Shown piece by piece: positions 17,948 through 28,032 of a stretch of DNA of 64,000 bases. Every line of letters starts with the position of its first letter. The stretch's first letter is position 1. The translations under genes were made by a program, and so were the position numbers. Source of the stretch: a virus. The DNA lies in the IMG/VR virus record IMGVR_UViG_3300028045_000008, positions 32,001 through 96,000 of that record; one strand, given 5' to 3'. The notes below the pieces were generated by a model that saw only the letters and a program-made list of their open reading frames with translations, was not told where the DNA came from and searched no databases.

Positions 17948-18119
17948 TGAATACATAGAGAGCGTATATGAGGAAATCTTCACTCTAAAATACCATGGTG
18001 CTTGGTCATTTTATGAAGCTTATAGTTTGCCGATTCAGATAAGACGTTGGTTCTTGAATCGCCTGGTTAAGCAATTTGAAATGGAAAAGCAGCAGATGGA
18101 GAGTTCTTCAAAGAAATAG
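17922..18119 (+). CDS. gp51-like baseplate/tail assembly protein (possibly a frameshift extension of the upstream gene)
   Basis: VYEEIFTLKYHGAWSFYEAYSLPIQIRRWFLNRL, in the +1 frame overlapping the gp26-like 3' end. Confidence 0.6.
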   Translation: MRSSFGLSNEYIESVYEEIFTLKYHGAWSFYEAYSLPIQIRRWFLNRLVKQFEMEKQQMESSSKK

Positions 18120-18151
18120 GGGCCGAATTTTTACTTTTCGGCTTTTATTTT
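18120..18151 (+). terminator. Putative terminator
   Basis: GGCCGAA...TTCGGCT followed by TTTATTTT. Confidence 0.55.
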
Positions 18152-18159
18152 ATCAAATA

Positions 18160-18167
18160 ACTATTTA
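18160..18167 (+). promoter_or_regulatory. Putative late promoter ACTATTTA
   Basis: Recurrent motif located after a terminator. Confidence 0.65.
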
Positions 18168-18172
18168 ATACA

Positions 18173-18547
18173 GTGGAGGGGTTTGTCTTGAACAATATTC
18201 TAAACGAAGATCAAATTGTTAAAATTAAAATAGATTTTGACGAACTTAGAAAGAATGAGATAAATGAGAGTTTTTTGGCCATGTTCGCCGGAACCATAAA
18301 GAGTATGATGAAATATATATTCGCGACCGGCCCAGGTAGTCATGTTCCTAAAGATTTTTTCGAATTCAAGGGCAGGAGAGGAGACATTAGTTCTTTTGCG
18401 CGCACCCTTGGCAACGAGAAGAAGTACTTAGAGGCGTTCAAGAAAAATGGCCTAGACCATCCAGAAACTTATAGATCAAAGAGCGTATTAGATAAATCCA
18501 TAAAGAATTTCGAGAAGAGCACGGGCTTAAAGTGGCCCTATAAATAA
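18173..18547 (+). CDS. Hypothetical late protein (start GTG 18173 or TTG 18188)
   Basis: Putative late motif upstream; ILNE and INE motifs. Confidence 0.6.
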   Translation: MEGFVLNNILNEDQIVKIKIDFDELRKNEINESFLAMFAGTIKSMMKYIFATGPGSHVPKDFFEFKGRRGDISSFARTLGNEKKYLEAFKKNGLDHPETYRSKSVLDKSIKNFEKSTGLKWPYK

Positions 18548-18563
18548 GGGGGTGTTTAGATAA

Positions 18564-20795
18564 GTGAGTAGTGAATCCGACATACCCGATGCCGCCACGA
18601 CGATGACCCTGCTGGAGTACATCGCCGCCCAAGAGCAGATAATACAAAACTCTAACGATATACGGAAGCGCCAAGAAGCCTTTTATGCAGCCGAGGAGGC
18701 CCGCCTGAAGTTACAGGGCAAGTCAATTTCTATGGAGGCTGACGCGCTCAAGAACCGGCAGGCCGCGGCCGATGCCTGGGATCAGACCTTCGAGAACATG
18801 CTGGGTGTCAGCGATAAGTGGAAATCTTCCATGATAGGGAAGCTCATGCAACCCGGTGGTCTAAATGGTTTCGTCGATAGTCTTCAACGGACATTCACCG
18901 CCAGCAATCTTGCCGTATCTTCTTTGACAAAAGCCGTTGAGATAACAGCCGCACTGGTCGGAGCGAGCTTCGCTCTAGCAAAAATGCAAGACGATACTCT
19001 GGTGGCTTTCAATAAATCCACTGGCGCCGCCAGGCTTTATGGAGACGAGCTACTTAATCTAGAATCTAGTATGAATCACCATGGTGTGAGCCTAGAGATT
19101 GCTAGCGAATCTTATGGGTCCATGGTCAAGAATGTGAAAGGCCTCAAAAATATGTCAGCCGCTTCGCGAACAGACCTCGCAGAAACAACTGCTGTTCTAG
19201 ATAAGTTTGGCGTGTCTGCCGACACTACAACCCAGAACTTTGAATTTCTAACCGCAGCCATGGGCTTTTCTGCTTCAGAAGCAAATGACTTCTCAAGAGA
19301 AATGTTTTTACTTGCTCAAGAGATAGGTATGCCCCCCGCAGAAATGGCCCAGGGCCTTCAAGAGGCCGCACCAGCCATGGCCAAATTTGGATCCCAGAGT
19401 GATGAAATGTACAAGAAGCTCGCAGTGAATGCACGCGCAGCAAACATGGAAGTTAGTCAGTTATTGGGTATCGTTGAGAAATTCGATACTTTTGAGGGCG
19501 CAGCCCAATCAGTCGGGCAACTCAACGCAATACTTGGTGGTCCATTTTTGAACTCTATGGAGATGGTCCAGACTACGGATCCGGTAGAGAGAATGAAGCT
19601 TCTTAGTGACGCCGCAAACCAGGCAGGCGCAAGTTTTGACGACATGGGATACTATGAGAGAATCGCACTCACTGAGGCGATGGGCCTAAAAGATGTATCA
19701 GAACTGGCTTTAGTTATGGCAGGGGGATTTGACGAGACGGTTCCTGCCATAAAGCAATCACAAGCAGAATTGGCAGCAATCGCAAAGCAATCAGCCGACT
19801 TCAACACTTTGTCGGAAGAGATGACTCAACTGATGAGAATGTTTGCCACAAGCTTATTGACGTGGGTTATCCCGTCTATTAAGTGGCTAGCCCAGAAACT
19901 CCAGGATCTCAATCAATTTTTCGGTGGATATTTAATGCCAGCCCTAGGTCTCCTCGCCGCCGCATTTTTCCTCGTCGCCAGCGCCGTTTTCGCACTTATC
20001 GCTCTCGCCGGCCTCGCCTTACCCATCCTCGGCGGAATCGCCGCAACAACGGGCGCCACGGCACCTGCCGCCGGCGCCGCTGCCGCCGGCATAACAACAT
20101 TCGCCACGGCACTTGCTGCAGCCACGCCGGTAATCGCGACCGCCGGCGCCGCCCTCGGGAGCTTTGTTCCGGTCATCTTGGCCATTGGGGCAAGTATTTT
20201 TATGGTGGGAGCCGGTATCATGGCCGTTGGAGCCGGCATCATGTTGGCCCTCGGCGGAGTCGCCGAGGTGATAGGGGCAGTCCTTGGCGGAGTCGTCACG
20301 CTCCTAAGAAATTTGGATCCCACTACAATATTTCAAAAAGTCTCCGCGCTGAATAGCCTATCTGCCTCATTCTCTACTTTAGTGCTCTCTGCCGCCGCCA
20401 CTCCGTCCGCTTTGTGGCCACTGATCAACGCCCTAAACGCTATCGAGGGTGATAACTTAATCCCGGTGGCAGATATGTTTAGTAGCATTAACTCAATTCT
20501 CGATAAAGACCTAGAAGGTCTGATGAAAGTGGAACAAGCAATCGCCAATATAGCCACTTCCATAAATTCAATCGATAGCACGGAAAAAGTATTCGCAGTA
20601 AAACAACTGATTGATTCTGTCAACGCAGCTACATCCAGAGACACCACTCCAGGCCCCGCGTCAACATCACAGGATCTCCCACCCCACACGGCAGCAGCCC
20701 TCAATAGGCCGATTCAGATCTCTCTAAACGTTGCCGGCAGAGAGTGGATAAGCCTGCAGACAGAAACTTTAGATAAGCTGCTAAACCAATATTAA
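18564..20795 (+). CDS. Tape measure protein
   Basis: Long helical Ala-rich protein after the tail chaperones, with FDTFEGAA and hydrophobic Ala/Gly-rich membrane-like segments. Confidence 0.75.
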   Translation: MSSESDIPDAATTMTLLEYIAAQEQIIQNSNDIRKRQEAFYAAEEARLKLQGKSISMEADALKNRQAAADAWDQTFENMLGVSDKWKSSMIGKLMQPGGLNGFVDSLQRTFTASNLAVSSLTKAVEITAALVGASFALAKMQDDTLVAFNKSTGAARLYGDELLNLESSMNHHGVSLEIASESYGSMVKNVKGLKNMSAASRTDLAETTAVLDKFGVSADTTTQNFEFLTAAMGFSASEANDFSREMFLLAQEIGMPPAEMAQGLQEAAPAMAKFGSQSDEMYKKLAVNARAANMEVSQLLGIVEKFDTFEGAAQSVGQLNAILGGPFLNSMEMVQTTDPVERMKLLSDAANQAGASFDDMGYYERIALTEAMGLKDVSELALVMAGGFDETVPAIKQSQAELAAIAKQSADFNTLSEEMTQLMRMFATSLLTWVIPSIKWLAQKLQDLNQFFGGYLMPALGLLAAAFFLVASAVFALIALAGLALPILGGIAATTGATAPAAGAAAAGITTFATALAAATPVIATAGAALGSFVPVILAIGASIFMVGAGIMAVGAGIMLALGGVAEVIGAVLGGVVTLLRNLDPTTIFQKVSALNSLSASFSTLVLSAAATPSALWPLINALNAIEGDNLIPVADMFSSINSILDKDLEGLMKVEQAIANIATSINSIDSTEKVFAVKQLIDSVNAATSRDTTPGPASTSQDLPPHTAAALNRPIQISLNVAGREWISLQTETLDKLLNQY

Positions 20796-20861
20796 GATAT
20801 TTAATGGCTGCATCTTTTTAGTTGACACTCTATTTAATAAACAGAAGGAATACATTTTGTA

Positions 20862-21809
20862 ATGGCTAATTTTGGAAAAAATAGAAAAGATTTAACTTTT
20901 CAAGATCCGAGTGATTTATACGCAAATCAAAAAGAACTATTTATTGAGTTTGAATATATCTTTGGAAACCCAGAAACCAACAAGGTCGCCTTCAAAGCGT
21001 TTATAACAAACTATTCGGATGACTTTGTGTCCGAGTGGAATCCTGAAGCCGTATATGGGCGCCCCGACCCAATTCAGACCTTCTCGCATACCACGAGAAA
21101 GATCCAGATCGATTGGAAAGTCCCATCTGCAGATCTTGTAGAGGCCAGAGAGAATATGGCCAAGGCATCTCAAATGATGAGATTTCTTTATCCCACATAC
21201 ACTGACGCCGGAAACGCCTCCACTATCCACAAGCCGCCTTTGTTGCGCTTTAAATTTGTCAATTTGGCAAAAAAGAATAATTCACAAGGGCTCTTGGGAA
21301 GGCCAGGTGGGTTCTCCTTTAAGCCGGATATGGAAGAGGGCTGGTGGGACGCAGATTTCAATTTGGGATCATCTGGCATGACTAACCTGTTATATCCCAA
21401 GTTACTGACCTTTAGTTGCACCTTTGAAGTGCTTCACGAGCATCACCTAGGTTGGCACGATGGAAACTGGGAGGTTATCCCGGCCATACCATTCGTGTTG
21501 GATACGGAGAGGGATTCTTTTCCGTTTTTATCAACAGCTACCAGCGCAAACACCATCCTCGGCCTGAATACAGCAGAGGAAAAATTGAAAGAGTTTACAG
21601 ACAATTACGAAGATGCAGATGTTCTCGGCCTCCCTCCAGAAGATTCGACTGTTCGAGCCCAAGAAGAAGACTCATCATCGATTTCTGATGAGGCAAAAGC
21701 GGCAAAAAGCGCAGGACCAGAGACTTTGCCGACCAACTTAACTCCTGAAATAACTGAAGAACAGATGGCCCTTGAAAACGAATTCTTTGACCCCCAATCT
21801 ATCTCGTAG
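20862..21809 (+). CDS. Baseplate/tail tube initiator (gp48/gp54-like)
   Basis: FKAFITNYSD, W..VYGRPDPI..F..TTRKI, LYPTY and PPLL. Located after the TMP. Confidence 0.65.
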   Translation: MANFGKNRKDLTFQDPSDLYANQKELFIEFEYIFGNPETNKVAFKAFITNYSDDFVSEWNPEAVYGRPDPIQTFSHTTRKIQIDWKVPSADLVEARENMAKASQMMRFLYPTYTDAGNASTIHKPPLLRFKFVNLAKKNNSQGLLGRPGGFSFKPDMEEGWWDADFNLGSSGMTNLLYPKLLTFSCTFEVLHEHHLGWHDGNWEVIPAIPFVLDTERDSFPFLSTATSANTILGLNTAEEKLKEFTDNYEDADVLGLPPEDSTVRAQEEDSSSISDEAKAAKSAGPETLPTNLTPEITEEQMALENEFFDPQSIS

Positions 21810-21820
21810 GAAAATATAGT

Positions 21821-22171
21821 ATGTCTAATAGAAATAACAACAGAGTAATCAGAACCAATGGCGCCCAGATTTATAAAGAGAAACTGAAAAAGAAGGGCTT
21901 AAAAAAAGTCCAACAATATACAACTCCAATTTTTAATGAACTGACAGCAAAGAAAAGAGGTTCTCTAGAAAGAGTGAGGCATATATGGACTCGCGGAGAT
22001 CGCTTGTATAAGCTGGCTTCGAAACACTACGGAGATCCAGAATTGTGGTGGCTCATCGCCTGGTATAATCAAAAGCCAACTGAAAGTCATTTTAAGCTTG
22101 GTCAAACTGTCCTGATACCACTTCCCCTCGAAGATATTTTGGGATATTATTATCAAAGCGAAGTGAGATAG
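21821..22171 (+). CDS. LysM-like baseplate wedge protein (gp53/tail protein X-like)
   Basis: GDRLYKLASKHYGDPELWWLIAWYN...GQTVLIP. Confidence 0.85.
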   Translation: MSNRNNNRVIRTNGAQIYKEKLKKKGLKKVQQYTTPIFNELTAKKRGSLERVRHIWTRGDRLYKLASKHYGDPELWWLIAWYNQKPTESHFKLGQTVLIPLPLEDILGYYYQSEVR

Positions 22172-22174
22172 GGA

Positions 22175-25100
22175 ATGGGACACTATCTTAATTTGCTGGA
22201 TGAGCTACCTGCAGAATCGCCCAGCGGGTGGGCCGCTGGAGCAGTAGGTAAAGCTGCAATTAGATCTTTGATAGAAGGCGATCTTTGGTATACATATGCC
22301 AAAGCCTCCCTAGGCTCTGTCGGTGGCATACAAACAGGTGGAGGCACGCACGGGGGGAGCACGAAAGAGAACCAGGGCTTCTTAATAGACGTTGCGAAAG
22401 CTATAGCGAAAGATTTGATAATAACAAAGACCTCAGATCTTCAAGCAGAATGGGATATGTTTATGGCCGGCACCCAAACTTTCAAGGAGTTCTATAGAAA
22501 TACAAACATATCACTCGACGCCCTCACCGATGCCTCCAGCTTGGATGACTCTGATAAAATTCGGAGAAATAATCCGGATACTTTGGCAGTAGATTTTTTA
22601 GCATACAATCTCATTAATAGCTCTACTTTCGCTAGCATAATATCCGCAGCAAAACTGGCTCGGAAACTCGGATACTTCAGCGGCGCCGGCATCGACGAAG
22701 TCTTCTACGATGCCAAGGCCCGCGCCTCCGCCCTCCTTGAAATGATCGGCGTAAAAGATGAGCAAGACTTACAAGCTTTAGAGGAAAGATTCAAGCAATC
22801 ACAACAATCAGCATCAGAAGCTAAAGCAGCATCAAAAGAAGATATAGAGAAGACAGAACAAGATATCAAAATTCACATGCAAGCCCTATTGGCTTCTTCT
22901 TTGGTAGAACTCTCAAAATTTAATAAAAATAATCGATCGTTAATGATGCCTCGATATTCAAAAACATATCTGCTCGACGGCCCTCCCTCTGAACTGGTGA
23001 ACAAATTAACATATGTACCAGGCTCAGAGAGCTTTATTAACTTGACAGTACCGGAAGCCTCCTCTTTGGTTCCGATGATAAAGCTTTGGAAAGTTCGATA
23101 TAACTCAAAAGGCGCTCTTGATCCTGATTTACCAGCAATCCCGTTAATCTTTAAAACTTTTACTGATACTGATTCCGATTTTATATCCGGTCATGGCGCC
23201 GGAAGGTCCGGTGTTGGAATAAAGTCTTTTGATTGGCAATATAACGGGACAAACCCAGCAACCGTAAAAAACGATATAACAGCCAAACTCGTATTATATT
23301 TTCAGAATTTCAATGATCTCTTGAAGGAACAAGAAGGCGGTTTTAAGTATGTTGATTTGCTGATTAGAAGCAGCCCAACAAGTGTAGAGGACAAAGAAAA
23401 GCCAATAGAGGACCAGAATGAAACAGACTGCCCAGAGAACGAGTCAACCACTGAAGGCGATTCTAAACATTACGAAATAAAGGCTACAGTCGGCTGGGCC
23501 CCAAACGTGCAATACGTTGAAGAGCATGGCAATCCTGACCTGGCAACTAGCATAAGAAATCAACAAGTGAGCTTGTTCCTGACACTAGTCGAGCACGAGT
23601 TTAAGATTACTCAACAGGGCACTTTTGAACTCACAATTGATTATCGAGGAAGAATAGACGGTATTATGATGGATAAACGAGCAGATGTCATTTTGGACGG
23701 AGAAGTTCGAAAGCAAATGTCTAAGCTGACCAAAGATCTCAAAGAGGCAGAATCAAATTGTTTCAAAGACGAAATAGGAGAAATAAAGGAGAGGATAGAG
23801 GATGTGAAAACAAGGGCGAAATTTGAATCACATACTAAAATATTCCAAGACCTGTTAGTCACCGGCCGCCTTTATTATGCTAAAATTAGCACAGACGATT
23901 GGGACGCTGCAGGCCAAAAAATAATAAATCTTAAGAAAGTCGACATTGGAATTCCAGCCGACGGCTCGACTGATCTGAAAGTACTGTATAAGGCATCTGA
24001 TGATATTCTGAACAAAGAGATGCAAATTGCTTTTGGCGACCGCCCAGATGTCATCGAGGGTGGTTGCGGTACCTCATACCAGAGTACTGCCGCCCTTGCA
24101 GCCTGGTACCTTGGAAACGTTGCTACCGCAGCCCATGCTGACAACGCCCTTACTTGGTGGAACCCGGTCGCCCATCTCGCTTCCGAGGGATTCCAATTCG
24201 CCGGCATAATCAACGAGGAGCCTGCCGCCTGGGAGCTATCCCAAGAAGATTCCGATTGGTGGAAATGCTTCAAGTTACAATATAATACCACAACTGGTCA
24301 GGAGCAACCCGAAGAAAAACCACTAGCCATCAAGCCCGTAGAATTTAAGCTTGGTCAACTTGGCGAGACATATGGTCTCCGCGAAGAAGACGGCTCTAAG
24401 ATTATCCCCTATTTCTTTCTTGGGGATTTGATAGACATTGCAGCCAGAAAGGCCCTCGGAGGCGAAAACTCGACAACAGATGAGAGTGAGGATGCCGCAG
24501 ATTTTCACCCAAATCGAGTTCAGAATCTGCAGATAATATTGGGATGTTTGGAGATAGCCCCTTATAGCGACCAAGATAGCTGGGAATATATTAATATTGG
24601 AGACATTCCAGTATGCCTCCCCTACTTCAGAGATTGGTGGGCGCGCCATACTACAAAGTCTTCAAAAAACAGTTACCCCCTAATTCAATTCATTCGAGAT
24701 TGTCTCAAAGATTTCGCGATGGAAGCTTTGGGCGATGATCTTTTCGATGGCCAGCGCTCTCAAAAGCTCATGATAAGGGACGCATCTATTAGTGTCCCGG
24801 CAAAACCAGGCGGAGGCAATCCGATAGAGGATCGGATCAACAAGGGGCTCGATAATGCAAACGAAAGGCGCCTGCTCAAAGCATCTAGGTTGGATCTAAA
24901 CAAGATAGATAACACTAGTCCGATGCAGGCTGTTAACCCGACCAACTTAACTCCAAATGACATGTATTTCTATAAGGTATTTTATTTGGTGAATGATTCC
25001 CCAGATTATCTAAATGGAAATAAACAAGAGGATTCAAAAAAGGGTATACAGCACATAGTCATGGGTTCTAGATCTGGGCTTCTAAAGGAAGCTAGTTTTT

Positions 25101-25537
25101 CAAGGTCGACCTCTCCCGGCCTCCGAGAACAGAGAGTGATAGAAGAGTCAGAATTTAATCCGCTGTCTCACCTGGCAGACGTTTATAATATAAGTGCCAG
25201 GATGATAGGAAATACTATGTTCTTTCCAGGCCAATATATTTACTTAAACCCAATCGGCTTCGGCACCAAACTTGGCAACCCTGCGGACCCCGGCTCTCCA
25301 TCTCGTGCGATGGGCCTGGGAGGTTATCACTTGGTAACGCAAGTTTCTAGCTTCATAGATGAGGGAAAATTCGAAACAACCGTCGAAGCTCTATGGGAGA
25401 CAAGTGGTGGCCCTTGCGCCCGCAGAAACGACAGAGGGCAAAAGACAGAAAAAGGGAATTGTTCCAGCGATGCTTCAAATACGGCTCTCTCTAGTCCGAC
25501 ACCCTCCCCCGAAAGCAATATAGAACTTCCAGAATAA
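22175..25537 (+). CDS. Large baseplate hub-like structural protein
   Basis: Baseplate context; GVGIKSFDW and C-terminal MIGNTMFFPGQYIY...GGYHLVTQVSS..GKFETTV resemble hub (gp27/gpD-like) proteins. Confidence 0.55.
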   Translation: MGHYLNLLDELPAESPSGWAAGAVGKAAIRSLIEGDLWYTYAKASLGSVGGIQTGGGTHGGSTKENQGFLIDVAKAIAKDLIITKTSDLQAEWDMFMAGTQTFKEFYRNTNISLDALTDASSLDDSDKIRRNNPDTLAVDFLAYNLINSSTFASIISAAKLARKLGYFSGAGIDEVFYDAKARASALLEMIGVKDEQDLQALEERFKQSQQSASEAKAASKEDIEKTEQDIKIHMQALLASSLVELSKFNKNNRSLMMPRYSKTYLLDGPPSELVNKLTYVPGSESFINLTVPEASSLVPMIKLWKVRYNSKGALDPDLPAIPLIFKTFTDTDSDFISGHGAGRSGVGIKSFDWQYNGTNPATVKNDITAKLVLYFQNFNDLLKEQEGGFKYVDLLIRSSPTSVEDKEKPIEDQNETDCPENESTTEGDSKHYEIKATVGWAPNVQYVEEHGNPDLATSIRNQQVSLFLTLVEHEFKITQQGTFELTIDYRGRIDGIMMDKRADVILDGEVRKQMSKLTKDLKEAESNCFKDEIGEIKERIEDVKTRAKFESHTKIFQDLLVTGRLYYAKISTDDWDAAGQKIINLKKVDIGIPADGSTDLKVLYKASDDILNKEMQIAFGDRPDVIEGGCGTSYQSTAALAAWYLGNVATAAHADNALTWWNPVAHLASEGFQFAGIINEEPAAWELSQEDSDWWKCFKLQYNTTTGQEQPEEKPLAIKPVEFKLGQLGETYGLREEDGSKIIPYFFLGDLIDIAARKALGGENSTTDESEDAADFHPNRVQNLQIILGCLEIAPYSDQDSWEYINIGDIPVCLPYFRDWWARHTTKSSKNSYPLIQFIRDCLKDFAMEALGDDLFDGQRSQKLMIRDASISVPAKPGGGNPIEDRINKGLDNANERRLLKASRLDLNKIDNTSPMQAVNPTNLTPNDMYFYKVFYLVNDSPDYLNGNKQEDSKKGIQHIVMGSRSGLLKEASFSRSTSPGLREQRVIEESEFNPLSHLADVYNISARMIGNTMFFPGQYIYLNPIGFGTKLGNPADPGSPSRAMGLGGYHLVTQVSSFIDEGKFETTVEALWETSGGPCARRNDRGQKTEKGNCSSDASNTALSSPTPSPESNIELPE

Positions 25538-25552
25538 AGGGCAATAATAGAA

Positions 25553-26839
25553 ATGGCTAACAATTTTTTAATCAATAATGATATTTTTTTCGGAAAGAAT
25601 GATTTAGATTCACAAGATCACTTTTATTCTAGAATGGCTTATTCTGTTTATGCTTTCCGGGATCACGAAGAGATGAAGAAGAAGGGGGTGATTAGAGATT
25701 TCTGGTTTGCAGAGAATATGCTATATGGAAAGATAAACGCATCGTTTTTCGCTATTGAGCCTCGCCATGAGAGATTGGTACCCATTCCGGGAACTGATGA
25801 TCAATTTACTTTCCCTTTTATTATCTCTGCGTATGGGGAGTTCGAAAAAGAGATCAGGAATGCCATTTTATCTGGAAAAATCGGAAGCATGCCGTTTTTG
25901 AGAAAACTTAAAGTTCACAAATCAACAGAATCAATAAATCGACTATACTCTAACTTAGCTACCATCATAACATCCAGAATGGTCAGGTTCTTAACTCAAA
26001 CTAGAAGGTCAGATAAAATATTTAGCTTTGAGGACTTTATGCTACATTTCGAAGACTTTGTTCTGGAATTCAGCCTAAATAATATCGTAACAAAATCTTC
26101 TTTTGTGATGTCTAATGACGTCGGCCTCCCACATACTGGCCTGTCACTTGAACTCGCCGACGCGGATTATGCATCTGATTTCGAAAAAATCGAGAACTTC
26201 ATAGATGATCCAGAATATGCATATTACCTCAAGGTAGCCGAAAAATATGGATTTTATGTGGATAAGAACGTGCCCTGGCGCCTTGTTGCTAATCTATCAT
26301 CACGACCCATGCAACTCTTCATAGAAGAGACTGGCGCGCCTAGCGACCTACAGTCGCTGCTTACCGCTAACTTTAGAAAAGCCTATATGAATGACCTAGG
26401 ACTTCTGAAATTCTCGGCATATAACGCTTATAGTACCATAGTTTCATCGCGCCCGAATGTCTCGAAGTCTTTTCAAGAAGGCGGAAAGCTCTTCACTTCA
26501 TTTAAAAAAAGAATGCCTGTGACTCCTGATGAAGTCGACATTCTATATCCAGATGAGAAGTGGCTTCAACTATACATCAAGGTCAAGAACAATGAAAAGA
26601 AATTAAATTTTAATGAGCCTGAGATCAAGAGAATAACAAAAAATTCAATTAGTTTAAAGAATTTGCTTGACACGAGGGAAGCAATGGGCTATATTAATAG
26701 AGTATTTCGAGATATTCCGTCACTAGAAGGATCCTTTAATGATTTGCAAAATAAGAATTTCTTTAAGGGAATCAAGGACCGCCCATTCTCGGATTATAGA
26801 AATTTCCTAACTAAGACAGCTAAAATAAAAAAGAGGTAG
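25553..26839 (+). CDS. Hypothetical protein
   Basis: 428 aa ORF at the end of the structural block. Confidence 0.6.
   Translation: MANNFLINNDIFFGKNDLDSQDHFYSRMAYSVYAFRDHEEMKKKGVIRDFWFAENMLYGKINASFFAIEPRHERLVPIPGTDDQFTFPFIISAYGEFEKEIRNAILSGKIGSMPFLRKLKVHKSTESINRLYSNLATIITSRMVRFLTQTRRSDKIFSFEDFMLHFEDFVLEFSLNNIVTKSSFVMSNDVGLPHTGLSLELADADYASDFEKIENFIDDPEYAYYLKVAEKYGFYVDKNVPWRLVANLSSRPMQLFIEETGAPSDLQSLLTANFRKAYMNDLGLLKFSAYNAYSTIVSSRPNVSKSFQEGGKLFTSFKKRMPVTPDEVDILYPDEKWLQLYIKVKNNEKKLNFNEPEIKRITKNSISLKNLLDTREAMGYINRVFRDIPSLEGSFNDLQNKNFFKGIKDRPFSDYRNFLTKTAKIKKR
26667..26695 (+). promoter_or_regulatory. Sigma70-type promoter, inside the upstream ORF, driving the replication module
   Basis: TTGACA-N17-TATATT. 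Confidence 0.7.
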
Positions 26840-26841
26840 TA

Positions 26842-28032
26842 TTGCTTTTCCAGACGCTTGACGATAAAAGAGAGTGCGTTGGTATATATTGTGATGGCGC
26901 TCTTTCGTTTGATATTTCTATCTTGGCCGGCCTGACTCACACCTGGTCATACTCTAGTTTCCTCTCTGGCCATGAAGTGGAATATGCCAAGATATACTGT
27001 GGGGGATTATCATTGCGAGAAGCGTGTCCAACCCACCTAACAGAGCGCTGGGAGCGTGTTGAGGAAAAGCTCAAAGCTTTGCTCAAATCTTTTCATACGG
27101 CCCGTGTATCGCTCAATGAGAACTGTTTTTTTGACTTAGTGCCTAAAAGGTTTCTTTTAGAAATGTGCTATGTGAAGGATATGATCTGTAAGCATGTTTT
27201 TGAAAACTATGAGAAGCCAGCGAACTATGAGCATACACTCTCTCTGATCAAAAATATTGAAGACATTAAGTACAGGAAATTGAATATAAATCCCAAAAAC
27301 CTGTCATTCTATAAGTCAAAGCACAGGAAGTTCTCACGAAAACTGAGAGAGATAGGGCCTTATTGCAAATTCAATATTAATGGCACTAAGACAGGCCGCC
27401 TGACAACTACTGCAGCTAGCTTCCCAATCTTGACTCTGGATAAGGAGTTTCGCTGCGTAATCGAGCCCTCGAATGATTACTTTGTCGAACTTGACTTCAA
27501 TGCAGCAGAGTTGAGAACACTCTTGGCGCTCCAGGGAAAACCCCAGCCAGTTGAAGATATCCACGAATGGAATATTAGAAATGTCTTCCGCGGCGCCGGC
27601 ACCAGGAATGAGGCCAAGAAGAGGATTTTTGCTTGGCTATATAATCCTAAGAGTCATGATCGTATGTGCGAGAAGATATACGATCGAAACACTGTGGTAC
27701 AAAAGTACTTCACCCAGGGCCAAGTGAGAACCTTTTTTAACAAAGTAATTCCTTCGGAAGAGAGAACAGCCCTGAACTACATCATTCAGAGCACATGTGC
27801 CGAGAATGTTTTGAGACAAATGGCGAAAGTATCTAATTATTTAGTAGGGATGGACTCACACCTGGCTTTTCCAGTACACGATTCAGTGGTTTTAGACATG
27901 ACAAAGGAAGATTTAAGAAGACTTCCTGAGATTATAGAGATATTTTCGAACACAGAGTTGGGAAAGTTTAAAGTTAATGTGAGTCATGGCCCAAATTTTG
28001 GCAAACTAGTAAACATGGAGGTTCAGCTTTGA
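26842..28032 (+). CDS. polA: Compact family A DNA polymerase (polymerase domain only)
   Basis: GTKTGRL, motif A DFNAAELR, motif B RNEAKKRIFAWLY, ALNYIIQST and motif C VHDS. Confidence 0.85.
   Translation: MLFQTLDDKRECVGIYCDGALSFDISILAGLTHTWSYSSFLSGHEVEYAKIYCGGLSLREACPTHLTERWERVEEKLKALLKSFHTARVSLNENCFFDLVPKRFLLEMCYVKDMICKHVFENYEKPANYEHTLSLIKNIEDIKYRKLNINPKNLSFYKSKHRKFSRKLREIGPYCKFNINGTKTGRLTTTAASFPILTLDKEFRCVIEPSNDYFVELDFNAAELRTLLALQGKPQPVEDIHEWNIRNVFRGAGTRNEAKKRIFAWLYNPKSHDRMCEKIYDRNTVVQKYFTQGQVRTFFNKVIPSEERTALNYIIQSTCAENVLRQMAKVSNYLVGMDSHLAFPVHDSVVLDMTKEDLRRLPEIIEIFSNTELGKFKVNVSHGPNFGKLVNMEVQL

Noticed and set aside
13558-25537. Extracellular contractile injection system or tailocin rather than a phage
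   Set aside because: Capsid, scaffold, neck and a full replication module are present.
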